From assembly GCA_016840795.1 (NCBI GenBank), contig JAEORS010000002.1, forward strand, positions 1 to 35,334: DNA of 35,334 bases, given 5' to 3'. Shown here piece after piece: positions 9,160 to 18,378 of the stretch. Source of the stretch: Candidatus Thorarchaeota archaeon. GTDB taxonomy: Archaea > Asgardarchaeota > Thorarchaeia > Thorarchaeales > Thorarchaeaceae. Position 1 is the stretch's first letter. Every line of letters starts with the position of its first letter. The position numbers and the translations under genes were made by a program. The notes under the pieces are model-generated. The model was not told where the DNA came from and searched no databases. It was given only the letters and a program-made list of their open reading frames with translations.

Positions 9160-9873
9160 ATGACTGACGTCTATAAGATAATGGCGAAGTACTACGATCA
9201 CATGTATTCGTGGAAGGATTATGAGAGCGAGGCCCAAAGACTCCACGAGATTGTGCAGAAATACAAGACTTCGCCTGGAAAGGACCTCTTAGATGTCGGA
9301 TGTGGCACCGGAGGACACATTGAGTATCTAAAGCAGTATTACGATGTCAGTGGGTTGGACCTCAGTGAGGAGATGCTTGCAGTTGCCAAAGAGAAGCATA
9401 AGGACGTTCTATTCATATGTGCAAACATGAAGAGTATGAAGCTGAATCATAGGTACGATGTAATTACCAGTCTCTTTGGGTCCATAAGTCACCTCACAAC
9501 ACAAGAAGAACTGGCAGATGCGATTCGGTCATTCTCAATGCATACTAGGCAGGGTGGCGTGGTCATCATTGAACCTTTTGTGACTACAGAGACTGTGCGT
9601 CCTGAGTCTCTGGGCATTAACTGTGTGAACCTACCAGATGTCAAAATCGCTCGTGTCAATAGAGGTAGATTGGAGGGAAACATAGCATACCTCGATTTTC
9701 ACTTCCTCATTGCAACAGAGAATGGAGTTGAACACCTCTTTGACCCAAGTCCAATGGGTGTATTCCCAAGAGCTGTCTTCAAGGACATAATGGAGGACAA
9801 TGGGTTCAATGTGGACTATGTTGAGCCGGGCCTCATGGAGAGGACAGGGCTCTTTGTTGGTGTTAGGAGCTAG
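9160..9873 (+). CDS. Class I SAM-dependent methyltransferase
   Basis: Motif I LLDVGCGTGGH followed by GLDLSEEML. The start was trimmed to MTDVYKIM (9160) because the ORF-track N-terminus reads through tRNA-Pro. Confidence 0.75.
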   Translation: MTDVYKIMAKYYDHMYSWKDYESEAQRLHEIVQKYKTSPGKDLLDVGCGTGGHIEYLKQYYDVSGLDLSEEMLAVAKEKHKDVLFICANMKSMKLNHRYDVITSLFGSISHLTTQEELADAIRSFSMHTRQGGVVIIEPFVTTETVRPESLGINCVNLPDVKIARVNRGRLEGNIAYLDFHFLIATENGVEHLFDPSPMGVFPRAVFKDIMEDNGFNVDYVEPGLMERTGLFVGVRS

Positions 9874-9890
9874 TCGAGGCTCCTAATGTA

Positions 9891-10367
9891 TCATGGTTGT
9901 ATAGCATTCAGACCATGGAGAACCACTGCCGCTGAACCTGCAGGACCTATATCAAAACGTGCATCAAGGCTGAAACATTCACCCATGTCCATCTCTTTTC
10001 TAGAGAATGACTTGTTGCTTCCAGAGAATGCGACCACAACTCTTTCGCCTGACTTGACTCGACTCACGATGTCGTCGATGTTTATGCGCTCCTTGGCTAG
10101 CATTGGTGATGTTATCAGTACAGGACGTTCTACACTCAGAACATCGAGTACATCACGGAGGTCTGGCAGAACCATGAAACTTCCGTTCATCTTCATGGCG
10201 AAACGGTTTGCCTCAGGTACACCAGTCTGTGCAGCAGACCCTTCAGCTTTGGTAACAGCAAAGTTCGAAAAACCAAGTCCGTATACCACTTGTGCGGTCT
10301 CAACCACTTTGCTGACGGCATGTACATCATGCAGTACGACGTAGACATTCTTCAGTAAGTCACTCAA
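9891..10367 (-). CDS. SPOUT-fold-like protein of the archaeal DUF531/COG4080 type (tentative)
   Basis: The N-terminal VYVVLHDVHAVSKVVETAQVVYGLGF and C-terminal DIGPAGSAAVVLHGL resemble SpoU-type motifs. The family call is from memory only. It overlaps the upstream methyltransferase gene by 8 nt. Confidence 0.45.
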   Translation of the reverse strand: MSDLLKNVYVVLHDVHAVSKVVETAQVVYGLGFSNFAVTKAEGSAAQTGVPEANRFAMKMNGSFMVLPDLRDVLDVLSVERPVLITSPMLAKERINIDDIVSRVKSGERVVVAFSGSNKSFSRKEMDMGECFSLDARFDIGPAGSAAVVLHGLNAIQP

Positions 10368-11325
10368 GATGTTTCTTTACCTCCTCTCCAATCAGATGAG
10401 AGATTAGTGGTGGGACACTCTCACCCACTTGGTTGTACTGACTATCTGTCGGACCCGTGAACACAAATGAGTCCGGGTAACTCATGAGTCTTGCGTGCTC
10501 TCGAACCGTTAGAAGTCTATCTTCAAACGGATGAATGTATCTTGACAGCCCGATTATCGATGTGGACACTTGATCAGGGGAAAGGCGCACCCAGTTCGGC
10601 ATTGTACGCTTCTTGGACGCGCGAAAGTGCTTGGCACCGTGACGCCAGGGAGTCTTCCTGACAGCCTTCATCCTGGCCTCGGTTAGAGGGTGAAGGTCAT
10701 GGTTAGCAATGTACTCAACAGGAGCAAAGAGTGCATCTACACCTAGTGGTGGGAGGTCTCCAATTGCCTCCATGACTCGTGGGGGAGTTCCTCTAGGAAG
10801 GTTGAACTTCACATTGCTGATGAAGACTCTGAGCCGCTTTGAGGGGTTGCCATGTTGATGGGCACGAACCATATTGAACTCGATATTGTCAATCCCTAGT
10901 CGTTCAAACTCTTGGCTCACAATCTCGCCGCCGCCCTTGTGTAGTAATGCAGCGACGTTCTCGATTACAAATACTGCAGGTTCCAAGTCCCCAATTACCC
11001 TGATAGTGTCGAGAAGAAGTCTGGCTGTTCCCGTGCCATATATTCGTTCGGCTGCTGGAGTATCACTATCAGGATTTGCACGACTGAACTCTTCACAAGG
11101 TGGAGAGGCGATGACGATATCAGGTGCGCCACTGAGCTCTTTCAGAATCCGGATAGAGTGAGTTGCCCCTATGTCCCTTTGGAGAACGTTTGCTTCGCGA
11201 TAATTCAAGGCGTAAGTAGCCAGTGCAAAGGGATCGATATCCACAGCTAGATGTGAATCATGAGAGTATGATGTGAAACCCGACGAAAAGCCACCTGCAC
11301 CTGAGAATAGGTCCAACACCTTCAT
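10360..11325 (-). CDS. dcm: DNA (cytosine-5)-methyltransferase
   Basis: Motif I LDLFSGAGGFS, motif IV SPPCEEFS (catalytic Cys), motif VI FVIENV, motif IX TVREHARLMSYPD, motif X NQVGESVPP. The start was trimmed to MKVLDLF (11325). Confidence 0.85.
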   Translation of the reverse strand: MKVLDLFSGAGGFSSGFTSYSHDSHLAVDIDPFALATYALNYREANVLQRDIGATHSIRILKELSGAPDIVIASPPCEEFSRANPDSDTPAAERIYGTGTARLLLDTIRVIGDLEPAVFVIENVAALLHKGGGEIVSQEFERLGIDNIEFNMVRAHQHGNPSKRLRVFISNVKFNLPRGTPPRVMEAIGDLPPLGVDALFAPVEYIANHDLHPLTEARMKAVRKTPWRHGAKHFRASKKRTMPNWVRLSPDQVSTSIIGLSRYIHPFEDRLLTVREHARLMSYPDSFVFTGPTDSQYNQVGESVPPLISHLIGEEVKKHLE

Positions 11326-11466
11326 GTCTGCCTGCCATTCTGTCTGTTGTGAACATGAGTCTTGCGCACAGAACATTCTGAACACGCTTTGATAAGTCGT
11401 GAAGGAAGAGTTCAAAAGTGGCGATACGCCTTCCCGCTGCAAATCTCAGCGACTGGGTGTGAGAGA

Positions 11467-12408
11467 ATGGGAAGAGGCACCGGGCGCGGCAAGAGTATCC
11501 TATTTGGAGAGCATTTTGTAGTCTACGGCCTTCCAGCATTGGCGGCAGGCATATCTGCAGAAACGGTGGCACTCGTAAGCAGATCTAAGGATCTTGGCTG
11601 GAGAATTGATGACAGAAGGCCCGAAGTGCCTGGTTACAAGGCCAAGAAGCTAAATGAACAGACTGTTTCAATCAACAACGTGCTAAAGGCCACAGGATTG
11701 GATATGGGTGGCAAGGGCATCTTTATCGAGTATGAAGGGGACTTGGTCTGTGCCTCGGGATTTGGGGCCAGTGCCGCAAGCTGTGTGTCCCTTGCACGGG
11801 CTCTCAATGACGAGTTTGGGCTCGGACTTGATGATGATAGGATAAACGAGATTGCATTCGAGGGGGAGAAGGGGTATCATGGCACTCCATCAGGGATTGA
11901 TAACACAGCCTCGACCTTTGGTGGCCTTGTCTGGTATGTGAGAGATCTTGATGGAGGTGCTCCTACTTTTGAGAAGCTCAAGCTCAAGAACCCGGTTCAT
12001 CTGACAATAGCCTCCACGGGCCTTACCGCAAGTACTACAGAAGTCGTTGGGGACGTTAGAAGCAGGAAGGAGCAGAATCCTGGTTGGTTTGAGAAGATTG
12101 CTAACGAGTACGTAGGCTTAGTTCACGAAGCGAGAGATGCTCTGCTTGAGTTCAATCTCGACAAAGTTGGAGAACTGATGAACAAAAACCATGAATTGTT
12201 GCAGAATCTAACTGTTTCTTGTGATGAACTGGACGAAATGGTTGAAATTGCAAGAAGAAGCGGGGCTCTTGGGGCAAAACTCACAGGAACTGGGCGAGGG
12301 GGTAACATGATTGCGATCGCTCCAGACGGAGAAGTTCAGAAGCGGATTGGTGATGCATTAGAGAAGAATGGAGCCCCTCTTGTCTACAATACTACTTTCG
12401 GGCTTTGA
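11467..12408 (+). CDS. mvk: Mevalonate kinase (GHMP kinase)
   Basis: GKSILFGEHFVVYG, the GHMP motif GFGASAAS, and C-terminal KLTGTGRGG. The start was trimmed to MGRGTGRGK (11467). Confidence 0.85.
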   Translation: MGRGTGRGKSILFGEHFVVYGLPALAAGISAETVALVSRSKDLGWRIDDRRPEVPGYKAKKLNEQTVSINNVLKATGLDMGGKGIFIEYEGDLVCASGFGASAASCVSLARALNDEFGLGLDDDRINEIAFEGEKGYHGTPSGIDNTASTFGGLVWYVRDLDGGAPTFEKLKLKNPVHLTIASTGLTASTTEVVGDVRSRKEQNPGWFEKIANEYVGLVHEARDALLEFNLDKVGELMNKNHELLQNLTVSCDELDEMVEIARRSGALGAKLTGTGRGGNMIAIAPDGEVQKRIGDALEKNGAPLVYNTTFGL

Positions 12409-12415
12409 TTGAGGT

Positions 12416-13729
12416 GTGAAGATGACACTTGAGAAATACATAGGACAACTTCTAGGAGATGGAAAACTTAGGAAGATAGACAGTAGTATATCCAAGAATC
12501 TGGAGATTGCGGGGGTACTGTATTCTATAGAGCCTACGCCCGCATTATTCGAGAATGTCAAAGAGTCCGATTTCAGAGTTGCTGGCAACCTATTCTGTAC
12601 GAAGGAACAGATTGCTGATTACTTTGAAATAGATGTGAGGGATATAATTCCGACATTGGCCAGCGCCATTGAGAATCGCAGTCAACCCGAAACAACTGAT
12701 GATGCTCCATGTCAGGAAGTGGTGAGGAGCGATGTAGACCTAGATGTGCTGCCGATACTGCTTCACAATGAGTTGGACGGTGGCCCATATATCTCGTCTG
12801 GAGTTGTGGTGGCTGCGGATTCTGAGTATGGTCAGAATCTGGACTTCCATAGGGCAATGCAGATTGGGAAAGACAGAATGGTGACAAGAGTTGTACGTGG
12901 TCGTGACTTCCACAAGTTCCTTGAGAGAGCCGGTGAAGTTGATGTTGCCTTCTGCATCGGCAACACTCCCGAAGTGTTGATTGCGGCCGCAACGTCCGTT
13001 GAAACAGGAATAAACGAGCTGGAGATAGCAAATGCTCTGAGACCGATCCAAGTGACCAGAGCCAAGAGTGTTGACCTGATGATTCCTGCAAACTGTGAGT
13101 TCGTCCTCGAGGGAAGGGTGATTCTTGATGAGAGGCATGATGAGGGGCCATTCATAGATTTGACGGAGACTGTGGACGTCATCCGGCAGGAGCCGGTATT
13201 TGAAGTCAAAAAGATCACTCATAGAAAGACCGCCATCTGGCAGGGCTTGCTACCCGGTCGGCTCGAACACAAGATACTCATGGGAATGCCGCGAGAGCCG
13301 ACGGTGTTCAGGAGTATCAAGGAACGTGGAGTCGATGTCTTGGATGTGAACATCACTCCTGGTGGTACCAGCTGGCTTCACATCGCTGTGCAAATCAGAA
13401 AGATGTATGATGATGATGGACTGAAAGCTCTTGAGGGTGCATTTGCAGGCCACCGCAGTGCAAAACATGTCTGGGTCTACGATGAGGACATCGACATCTA
13501 TGATGAGCAAGAAAGGGAGTGGGCCATGGCAACTCGATTCCAGGGAGATGTGAATCTGCTCATAAAGGACAGAGAGCCAGGTAGCTCACTAGACCCGAGT
13601 GCAGAGCCTGGCACAAAGATGACAACAAAGATCGGATTCGACTGCACCAAGGTATTGGAGTCCAAAGGTAAGAGCTTTGACAAGGCAGATTTTCCAAGGG
13701 TGGATTTGAAGAAGTTCTTGGGTGAATGA
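12416..13729 (+). CDS. UbiD-family decarboxylase, likely anhydromevalonate phosphate decarboxylase
   Basis: UbiD-like N-terminus (GKLRKID..LEIAGV....PALFENVK...VAGNLF). Function is inferred from its position between mvk and the AcnX genes. An ATG at 12422 behind GAGGTG is an alternative start. Confidence 0.7.
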   Translation: MKMTLEKYIGQLLGDGKLRKIDSSISKNLEIAGVLYSIEPTPALFENVKESDFRVAGNLFCTKEQIADYFEIDVRDIIPTLASAIENRSQPETTDDAPCQEVVRSDVDLDVLPILLHNELDGGPYISSGVVVAADSEYGQNLDFHRAMQIGKDRMVTRVVRGRDFHKFLERAGEVDVAFCIGNTPEVLIAAATSVETGINELEIANALRPIQVTRAKSVDLMIPANCEFVLEGRVILDERHDEGPFIDLTETVDVIRQEPVFEVKKITHRKTAIWQGLLPGRLEHKILMGMPREPTVFRSIKERGVDVLDVNITPGGTSWLHIAVQIRKMYDDDGLKALEGAFAGHRSAKHVWVYDEDIDIYDEQEREWAMATRFQGDVNLLIKDREPGSSLDPSAEPGTKMTTKIGFDCTKVLESKGKSFDKADFPRVDLKKFLGE

Positions 13730-13730
13730 G

Positions 13731-14918
13731 ATGGGACTAGACCTCACATCAGAAGAGCAGGATATGCTTGAAGGGAAGATGGGCAAAGCCACTAGGAAAT
13801 CCATGGAGATTATCACCACCTTGGGTGAGATTTATGGCGCCGAGCGATTGATTCCAGTCGTCAGCGTTCAGATAGCAGGTGTTTCCTATCACAATCTGGG
13901 TGAAGCTGGTCTCGAGTACCTCTCGGAGATGGCAGAAGATGGGCAGACACGCGTTCTGACCACTCTGAATCCTGCTGGTATGGACCTTTTGGAATGGAAG
14001 AAACATGGCATTAGTGATGAATTTGCTGTGAATCAACAGAGAGTGGTTGATGCTTTCTCAAAGATGGGAGTAGTCACCACTTGTACCTGCACGCCCTATC
14101 TGATTGGTAACCTGCCACATTATGGTGAACACATTGCTTGGGCAGAATCCTCGGCAGTATGTTTTGCCAACTCAGTCATTGGTGCTCATACAAACAGGGA
14201 GGGTGGACCGAGCGCTCTAGCTTCTGCGCTCACAGGCAAGACTGCAGAGTATGGGTTCCACCTTGAGAAGAACAGGATAGCACAAGTCGGATATGAAATA
14301 GAAGTAGAGCTGAAGACAACTGATGATTTCGGGCTATTGGGGAAGGTCATTGGAGACCGCACTGGGAAAGAGATTCCCTACATCACTGGAGTTACCCATG
14401 CTACAACCGACCATCTCAGATCGTTTTGTGCGTCAATCGCGACATACGGTGGAGTTGCTCTATTCCACATGGAAGGGATTACGCCAAATCGCACGAGAAT
14501 ACCTGAGAACACAGAAACTGTGACCAAGGACGACCTTGAGAAAGCCAGAGAGGAGCTAGATGACGAGAACGCAGAGATCGATTTCATCAGCGTAGGGTGC
14601 CCGCATGCCAGCATCGCTGACATAGCTAGGGTGGCCGAGATGCTTGATGGGAAGAAGGTGACTGAAGGTAAGACTGTTTGGATAACTACTGCAAAGCCGA
14701 CCAAGGACGTGGCCATCAAGATGGGCTACTACGATAAAATAGAGAAGGCCGGTGCATACCTGGTGAGTGACGCGTGTTGCGCGGTAGCACCACTGAAGGG
14801 ACGTTTCAAAGGTCTGATGACAGATTCTGCCAAGGCATGTTTCTACGCTAGAGGAAAGAATAGATTCGACGTGAAGATAAGAACAATAGATGAGTGTATG
14901 AGGGAGGCAATCTCATGA
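13731..14918 (+). CDS. Aconitase X catalytic subunit (DUF521), likely phosphomevalonate dehydratase large subunit
   Basis: MLEGKMGKATRKSMEI...ERLIPVVSVQIAGVSY is typical of the AcnX catalytic domain. The ATG lies 2 nt after the UbiD stop. The ORF track uses a GTG at 13722. Confidence 0.7.
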   Translation: MGLDLTSEEQDMLEGKMGKATRKSMEIITTLGEIYGAERLIPVVSVQIAGVSYHNLGEAGLEYLSEMAEDGQTRVLTTLNPAGMDLLEWKKHGISDEFAVNQQRVVDAFSKMGVVTTCTCTPYLIGNLPHYGEHIAWAESSAVCFANSVIGAHTNREGGPSALASALTGKTAEYGFHLEKNRIAQVGYEIEVELKTTDDFGLLGKVIGDRTGKEIPYITGVTHATTDHLRSFCASIATYGGVALFHMEGITPNRTRIPENTETVTKDDLEKAREELDDENAEIDFISVGCPHASIADIARVAEMLDGKKVTEGKTVWITTAKPTKDVAIKMGYYDKIEKAGAYLVSDACCAVAPLKGRFKGLMTDSAKACFYARGKNRFDVKIRTIDECMREAIS

Positions 14919-15310
14919 AAGAGTTACAGGGACGCAAAATCTACAAGGGAAAGGCGGAGGGAGAAGCACTTGTGACGAGTGTGGATCTTAGTTTCTACGG
15001 TGGTGTCGACCCTGAAACGGGGGAGGTTGTAGAGAAAGACCATCCGCTTGAGGGTGTGTCAGTGGCCGGCAAGATTCTGGTCATGCCGAGCGGAAAGGGT
15101 TCGACAGTCGGATCATATGTCCTCTATGCTCTCAAAAGGGCAGAAAGGGCTCCAGCTGCCATTGTGAACAAGGAAACTGACCCGGTCATCGCAGTTGGCA
15201 GCATAATATCAGAGATACCCACTATCGACAGTATTGACATCGAGAAGATCAAGACTGGGCAGACTGTGAAAGTGGACGCCGACCGCGGCGTCGTTTCCAT
15301 TCACGAATAG
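14915..15310 (+). CDS. Aconitase X swivel subunit (DUF126), likely phosphomevalonate dehydratase small subunit
   Basis: GKAEGEALV...LSFYGGVDPETGEV......G.SVAGKILVMPSGKGSTVGSYVLY matches the AcnX swivel domain. ATGA overlap with the large subunit. Confidence 0.7.
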   Translation: MKELQGRKIYKGKAEGEALVTSVDLSFYGGVDPETGEVVEKDHPLEGVSVAGKILVMPSGKGSTVGSYVLYALKRAERAPAAIVNKETDPVIAVGSIISEIPTIDSIDIEKIKTGQTVKVDADRGVVSIHE

Positions 15311-15312
15311 AC

Positions 15313-15951
15313 TCAGAATCGCTGTATTTGAGGTTCGAAGTCCTCAGTTGTGAATGAGACTTCGCCATCCTCTGGGACCTTTCCGCGTTCGCGGAGGACT
15401 TGTCTGGTCAATAAGAAGTACACCAAAGCCAAAGCTTTCCTCCCTCGGTTGTTAGATGGAATCACTAGGTCCACACCTGTAGTTACATTGTCAGTGTCGC
15501 ATAGAGCGATGACTGGGACTCCGATCTTACCCGCCTCGGAAAGGGCTTGTTGGTCTGTCCTAGGGTCAGTGAGAATCACCAAGTCAGGTTCAACGTAGAC
15601 ACGAGGGCCAGCAATGTTAGGATTTGTCAATGACCCGGGAACGAATCGGTCAGTGAATGCTGTTGCACCTGTGAAGTAAGCAAAACTCTCCACTGGACGC
15701 TTGCCATATACTCTTCCAGAGATGACGACAACCTTCGAGGGTTCGAATCGCGAGATGAACTTGGCAGCAGCTCTGATTCTCTCATCGGTCTTTCTGACGT
15801 CCAAGACGTACAGACCAATGGGCCGTTGTCTATAGACAAATGGGTCCATATCCTGAGTCTTCACCTGTGTTCCAATATGGCACCCAGCAGCCAGATACTT
15901 GTCCATTGGAGTTAGGAGCTCAGGTTCAGGGATCTCTGTTTCGCTCATCAC
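15313..15951 (-). CDS. rps2: 30S ribosomal protein S2 (uS2)
   Basis: [10 protein letters not shown]..., [24 protein letters not shown]. It overlaps the rpoN stop by 4 nt. Confidence 0.9.
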   Translation of the reverse strand: MMSETEIPEPELLTPMDKYLAAGCHIGTQVKTQDMDPFVYRQRPIGLYVLDVRKTDERIRAAAKFISRFEPSKVVVISGRVYGKRPVESFAYFTGATAFTDRFVPGSLTNPNIAGPRVYVEPDLVILTDPRTDQQALSEAGKIGVPVIALCDTDNVTTGVDLVIPSNNRGRKALALVYFLLTRQVLRERGKVPEDGEVSFTTEDFEPQIQRF

Positions 15952-16166
15952 TGTTTACCCTCCAAGACCTCAGTTGTAGCAAATGCCATGAAACTATCAA
16001 TGATGTCGATGTGAGATAGTAGCATCCTTCTACAACAGTACCTATGGAGACCCAAGTTGTCAAGGACTGTTGCAGGGTCCTCTCCATCGCGTACCTGGCG
16101 CTTGAACTGCTCGAACTTGTCTGCAACTACTTTCCCACATGTGAAACAACGTACTGGAATAATCAT
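15948..16166 (-). CDS. rpoN: DNA-directed RNA polymerase subunit N (Rpo10/Rpb10)
   Basis: [14 protein letters not shown]...RYCCRRM signature. Confidence 0.9.
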   Translation of the reverse strand: MIIPVRCFTCGKVVADKFEQFKRQVRDGEDPATVLDNLGLHRYCCRRMLLSHIDIIDSFMAFATTEVLEGKQ

Positions 16167-16175
16167 CTTCTCTTC

Positions 16176-16580
16176 TCACCTGTATGACTTCTGATAGCGG
16201 GAGCGTGCCGAGGGTCCACCGAACTTCTTGGGTTCCGTACGCCGAGGATCGCCAACGAGCATTGTTCTATCGTGCTCCAGCATTCGAGAGCGTGCCTCGA
16301 AGTCTTGGCTCATCTGAAACAGACCGGTGGCAATTGCCATTCGTATTGCATCAGCCTGACTCATGAAACCGCCTCCCTTAACACGCACTCTGATATCATA
16401 TCTCTGCCAATCATCACCGAATAGAACCAACGGCTCCATGATTCTCAATTTGGCTATTTCAGGCTGGAAAACCTCAAATGGTCGACCGTTGATTCTGATA
16501 CGCCCTTGACCATTCTTAATCGTGGCCTTCGCTAGTGATGTCTTTCTCTTTCCCGTGGAAACGACAACTCTGATAGCCAT
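16176..16580 (-). CDS. rps9: 30S ribosomal protein S9 (uS9)
   Basis: GKRKTSLA...ING, GGG..SQADAIR.AI, and a C-terminal ...RYQKSYR. Confidence 0.9.
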   Translation of the reverse strand: MAIRVVVSTGKRKTSLAKATIKNGQGRIRINGRPFEVFQPEIAKLRIMEPLVLFGDDWQRYDIRVRVKGGGFMSQADAIRMAIATGLFQMSQDFEARSRMLEHDRTMLVGDPRRTEPKKFGGPSARSRYQKSYR

Positions 16581-16581
16581 T

Positions 16582-17043
16582 TTAGACGGCCTCCGGGTTT
16601 CTCCATCCGAGCTCGTGGCACAGATCTTCGATTCTGATGTGCTTTCGGGTTAGGCTCTTATAGCGTGAGCCCTCAAGCACAATCTTCTCTGAGTCTGCTA
16701 GGTCGTCAGGGACTCCGATGAAGACCTTCACACGCTTGTAGGCCGCCTTTCCACGGGGCGTAGGCCAAGGCAACATGCCGCGGACAATCCGACGGACCAT
16801 TTTGTCAGGACGTCGATGGTGGAAGGGGCCCTTCCTGGGATTGTATGATGTACGAATGTTGAACTTCTCTTTGTAGGCTTCAATGACCGTACGACGGTCG
16901 CCTGTGACAATGGCCTTCTCGGCATTCACAATAGCAGCTGTTTCACCAAGGAGAACAGCCTTGGCCACTTTCGAGGCCAGTCTTCCGACTACCATGTCCT
17001 CGGCATCATAGACTTTCAGTTCTTGCTCGCTCATTGAAACCAC
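16582..17043 (-). CDS. rpl13: 50S ribosomal protein L13 (uL13)
   Basis: VYDAEDMVVGRLAS.VAK.LL and MVRRIVRGMLP, plus its position in the conserved block. Confidence 0.9.
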   Translation of the reverse strand: MVSMSEQELKVYDAEDMVVGRLASKVAKAVLLGETAAIVNAEKAIVTGDRRTVIEAYKEKFNIRTSYNPRKGPFHHRRPDKMVRRIVRGMLPWPTPRGKAAYKRVKVFIGVPDDLADSEKIVLEGSRYKSLTRKHIRIEDLCHELGWRNPEAV

Positions 17044-17406
17044 CTACACAATGATTGTGACTCCTTTGCCCTTTGGGGCTTGGTGGAGTAGTTCGTCTAT
17101 GCTGATGAGCGAACCACCCGCTCCAACTATTACCGACCTAGCTGAGGCAGACGCATTCAAGGCAGCTACCGTAACTTTGTGTGATAGGCTTCCTGAGCCC
17201 AAAACCTTGCCAGGGACTACAACAACGTCGCCGGCACTAGTATGCCGACCGATCTTTCCGACGTTGACTTCGGGTCGTTTTCTGGCTGGTCGCGCGACTA
17301 GTTCTGCGACTCTCTTCCAAATCTTGGCATCGTGCTTTGTTGATGTTCTCCTCAGTGCGTTAATCAGCGCACGAGTGTTGGGGTCAGTTGATCCAGATTC
17401 CACCAT
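17044..17406 (-). CDS. rpl18e: 50S ribosomal protein L18e (eL18)
   Basis: TDPNTRALI..L....KHDAKIWKRVAE.L..P.RKR.EVNVGKI and VVVPGKVLGSG match, and the gene lies between rpoD and rpl13. Confidence 0.8.
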   Translation of the reverse strand: MVESGSTDPNTRALINALRRTSTKHDAKIWKRVAELVARPARKRPEVNVGKIGRHTSAGDVVVVPGKVLGSGSLSHKVTVAALNASASARSVIVGAGGSLISIDELLHQAPKGKGVTIIV

Positions 17407-17417
17407 ATCTGCTCACC

Positions 17418-18218
17418 TCATAGTCTGCCAACAGAATCAAGAGTCACTCTGAATCTCTCCTTCAGGTTCTCAACCGCATTCACAACAATCTCATCGGGTG
17501 GCAGCGAGCCTGTAGACTCAACTCTGAAAAGGAAGGCATTGTTCTTGGGCGCTATTGTGATTGCCTCAGGTTCGCACTCCTGAACGCATATTTCGCACAT
17601 ACTGCAGTCCAGAGTGTTCTGTGTGACAAGCGTGTCATTGTCAATCAGGAATATCTTCCTTGGACAAGCCTCGACACACGCTTCACACTTGGTGCATTTC
17701 TCCCTGTCCACTTCAACTATGGGAACGTGCTTGTATGCCACTGTCGAAACTGGCTGGAACTTGGCGTTCTCAGCTCCTGTACCAAGACGTGCGTACGCCT
17801 CGATTATCAGTCGCTGGTTCGGAGCCAACTTTACAAGAGGAATATCATTGGTTGCGGGGACTATCTTTGGGTCTTGTGAAACAAGATCACCAGAATGGAC
17901 TACTATTTCCTCGCTTCCGGATTCCTTCTCTAGCGTAAGTGTGCACTGACAGAGGCTGCAGCCTTTGCCCTCACAGTCACACTCCTGAGGTAGGTTGTAG
18001 CTCTCAAGGTCCGTGACTAGAGGTATCAAACCAAGTCTATGAGCTAGAATCTCATCATACATTACACTGGTGTTCTCTAGGACAAGCACCTCGTCAATTG
18101 TCATCGCGGGCACTCTCGTAAGCATAGTTCTCCTGAGTGCATTTGCAAACGCAACATCAATGCCCTCCACAAGAAAGTGAATTGCATCGTCTTGCTTGTG
18201 AATGATAGTGATTTCCAT
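17418..18218 (-). CDS. rpoD: DNA-directed RNA polymerase subunit D (Rpo3/Rpb3) with Cys-rich loop and two ferredoxin-type 4Fe-4S motifs
   Basis: FANALRR and LAHRLGLIP, an Rpb3-like loop CDCEGKGCSLCQC, then CTKCEACVEACP and CSMCEICVQECE. The start was trimmed to MEITIIHK (18218). A Met at 18233 is also possible. Confidence 0.85.
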   Translation of the reverse strand: MEITIIHKQDDAIHFLVEGIDVAFANALRRTMLTRVPAMTIDEVLVLENTSVMYDEILAHRLGLIPLVTDLESYNLPQECDCEGKGCSLCQCTLTLEKESGSEEIVVHSGDLVSQDPKIVPATNDIPLVKLAPNQRLIIEAYARLGTGAENAKFQPVSTVAYKHVPIVEVDREKCTKCEACVEACPRKIFLIDNDTLVTQNTLDCSMCEICVQECEPEAITIAPKNNAFLFRVESTGSLPPDEIVVNAVENLKERFRVTLDSVGRL

Positions 18219-18361
18219 TAGCTCACCAACCATGGAGGTGTATACCCAAAACACATGATCCCGGACGGACTCGCTACGGGACTCGAAGTCAAGCAGCTCT
18301 GTCGCCCGTGCCCTGGGCGAGTCCCTCAGCTTACGGTTCCCATAAAAGCATTGCCTTAGGA

Positions 18362-18378
18362 CTTCGCAATCTGCGAAG
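18362..18378 (-). terminator. Hairpin just downstream of the GTPase gene (possible terminator or processing site)
   Basis: CTTCGCA-atc-TGCGAAG is a 7-bp stem. On the minus strand it is followed by ...GCTTTTATGG. Confidence 0.25.

Noticed and set aside
12573-13222. Long antisense ORFs (192, 160 and 128 aa) inside the UbiD-family gene, and similar antisense ORFs elsewhere (e.g. 355-753, 9886-10344, 17051-17452, 18459-18902)
   Set aside because: They lie opposite strongly supported genes, with skewed composition (Ser/Pro/Arg/His-rich) and no motifs.
15727-15741. 15-nt identity (TCGAGGGTTCGAATC) between the rps2 coding sequence and the T-arm of tRNA-Ser
   Set aside because: It lies inside a well-conserved r-protein gene and has no surrounding tRNA structure. 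One such chance 15-mer repeat is roughly expected in a window of this size.
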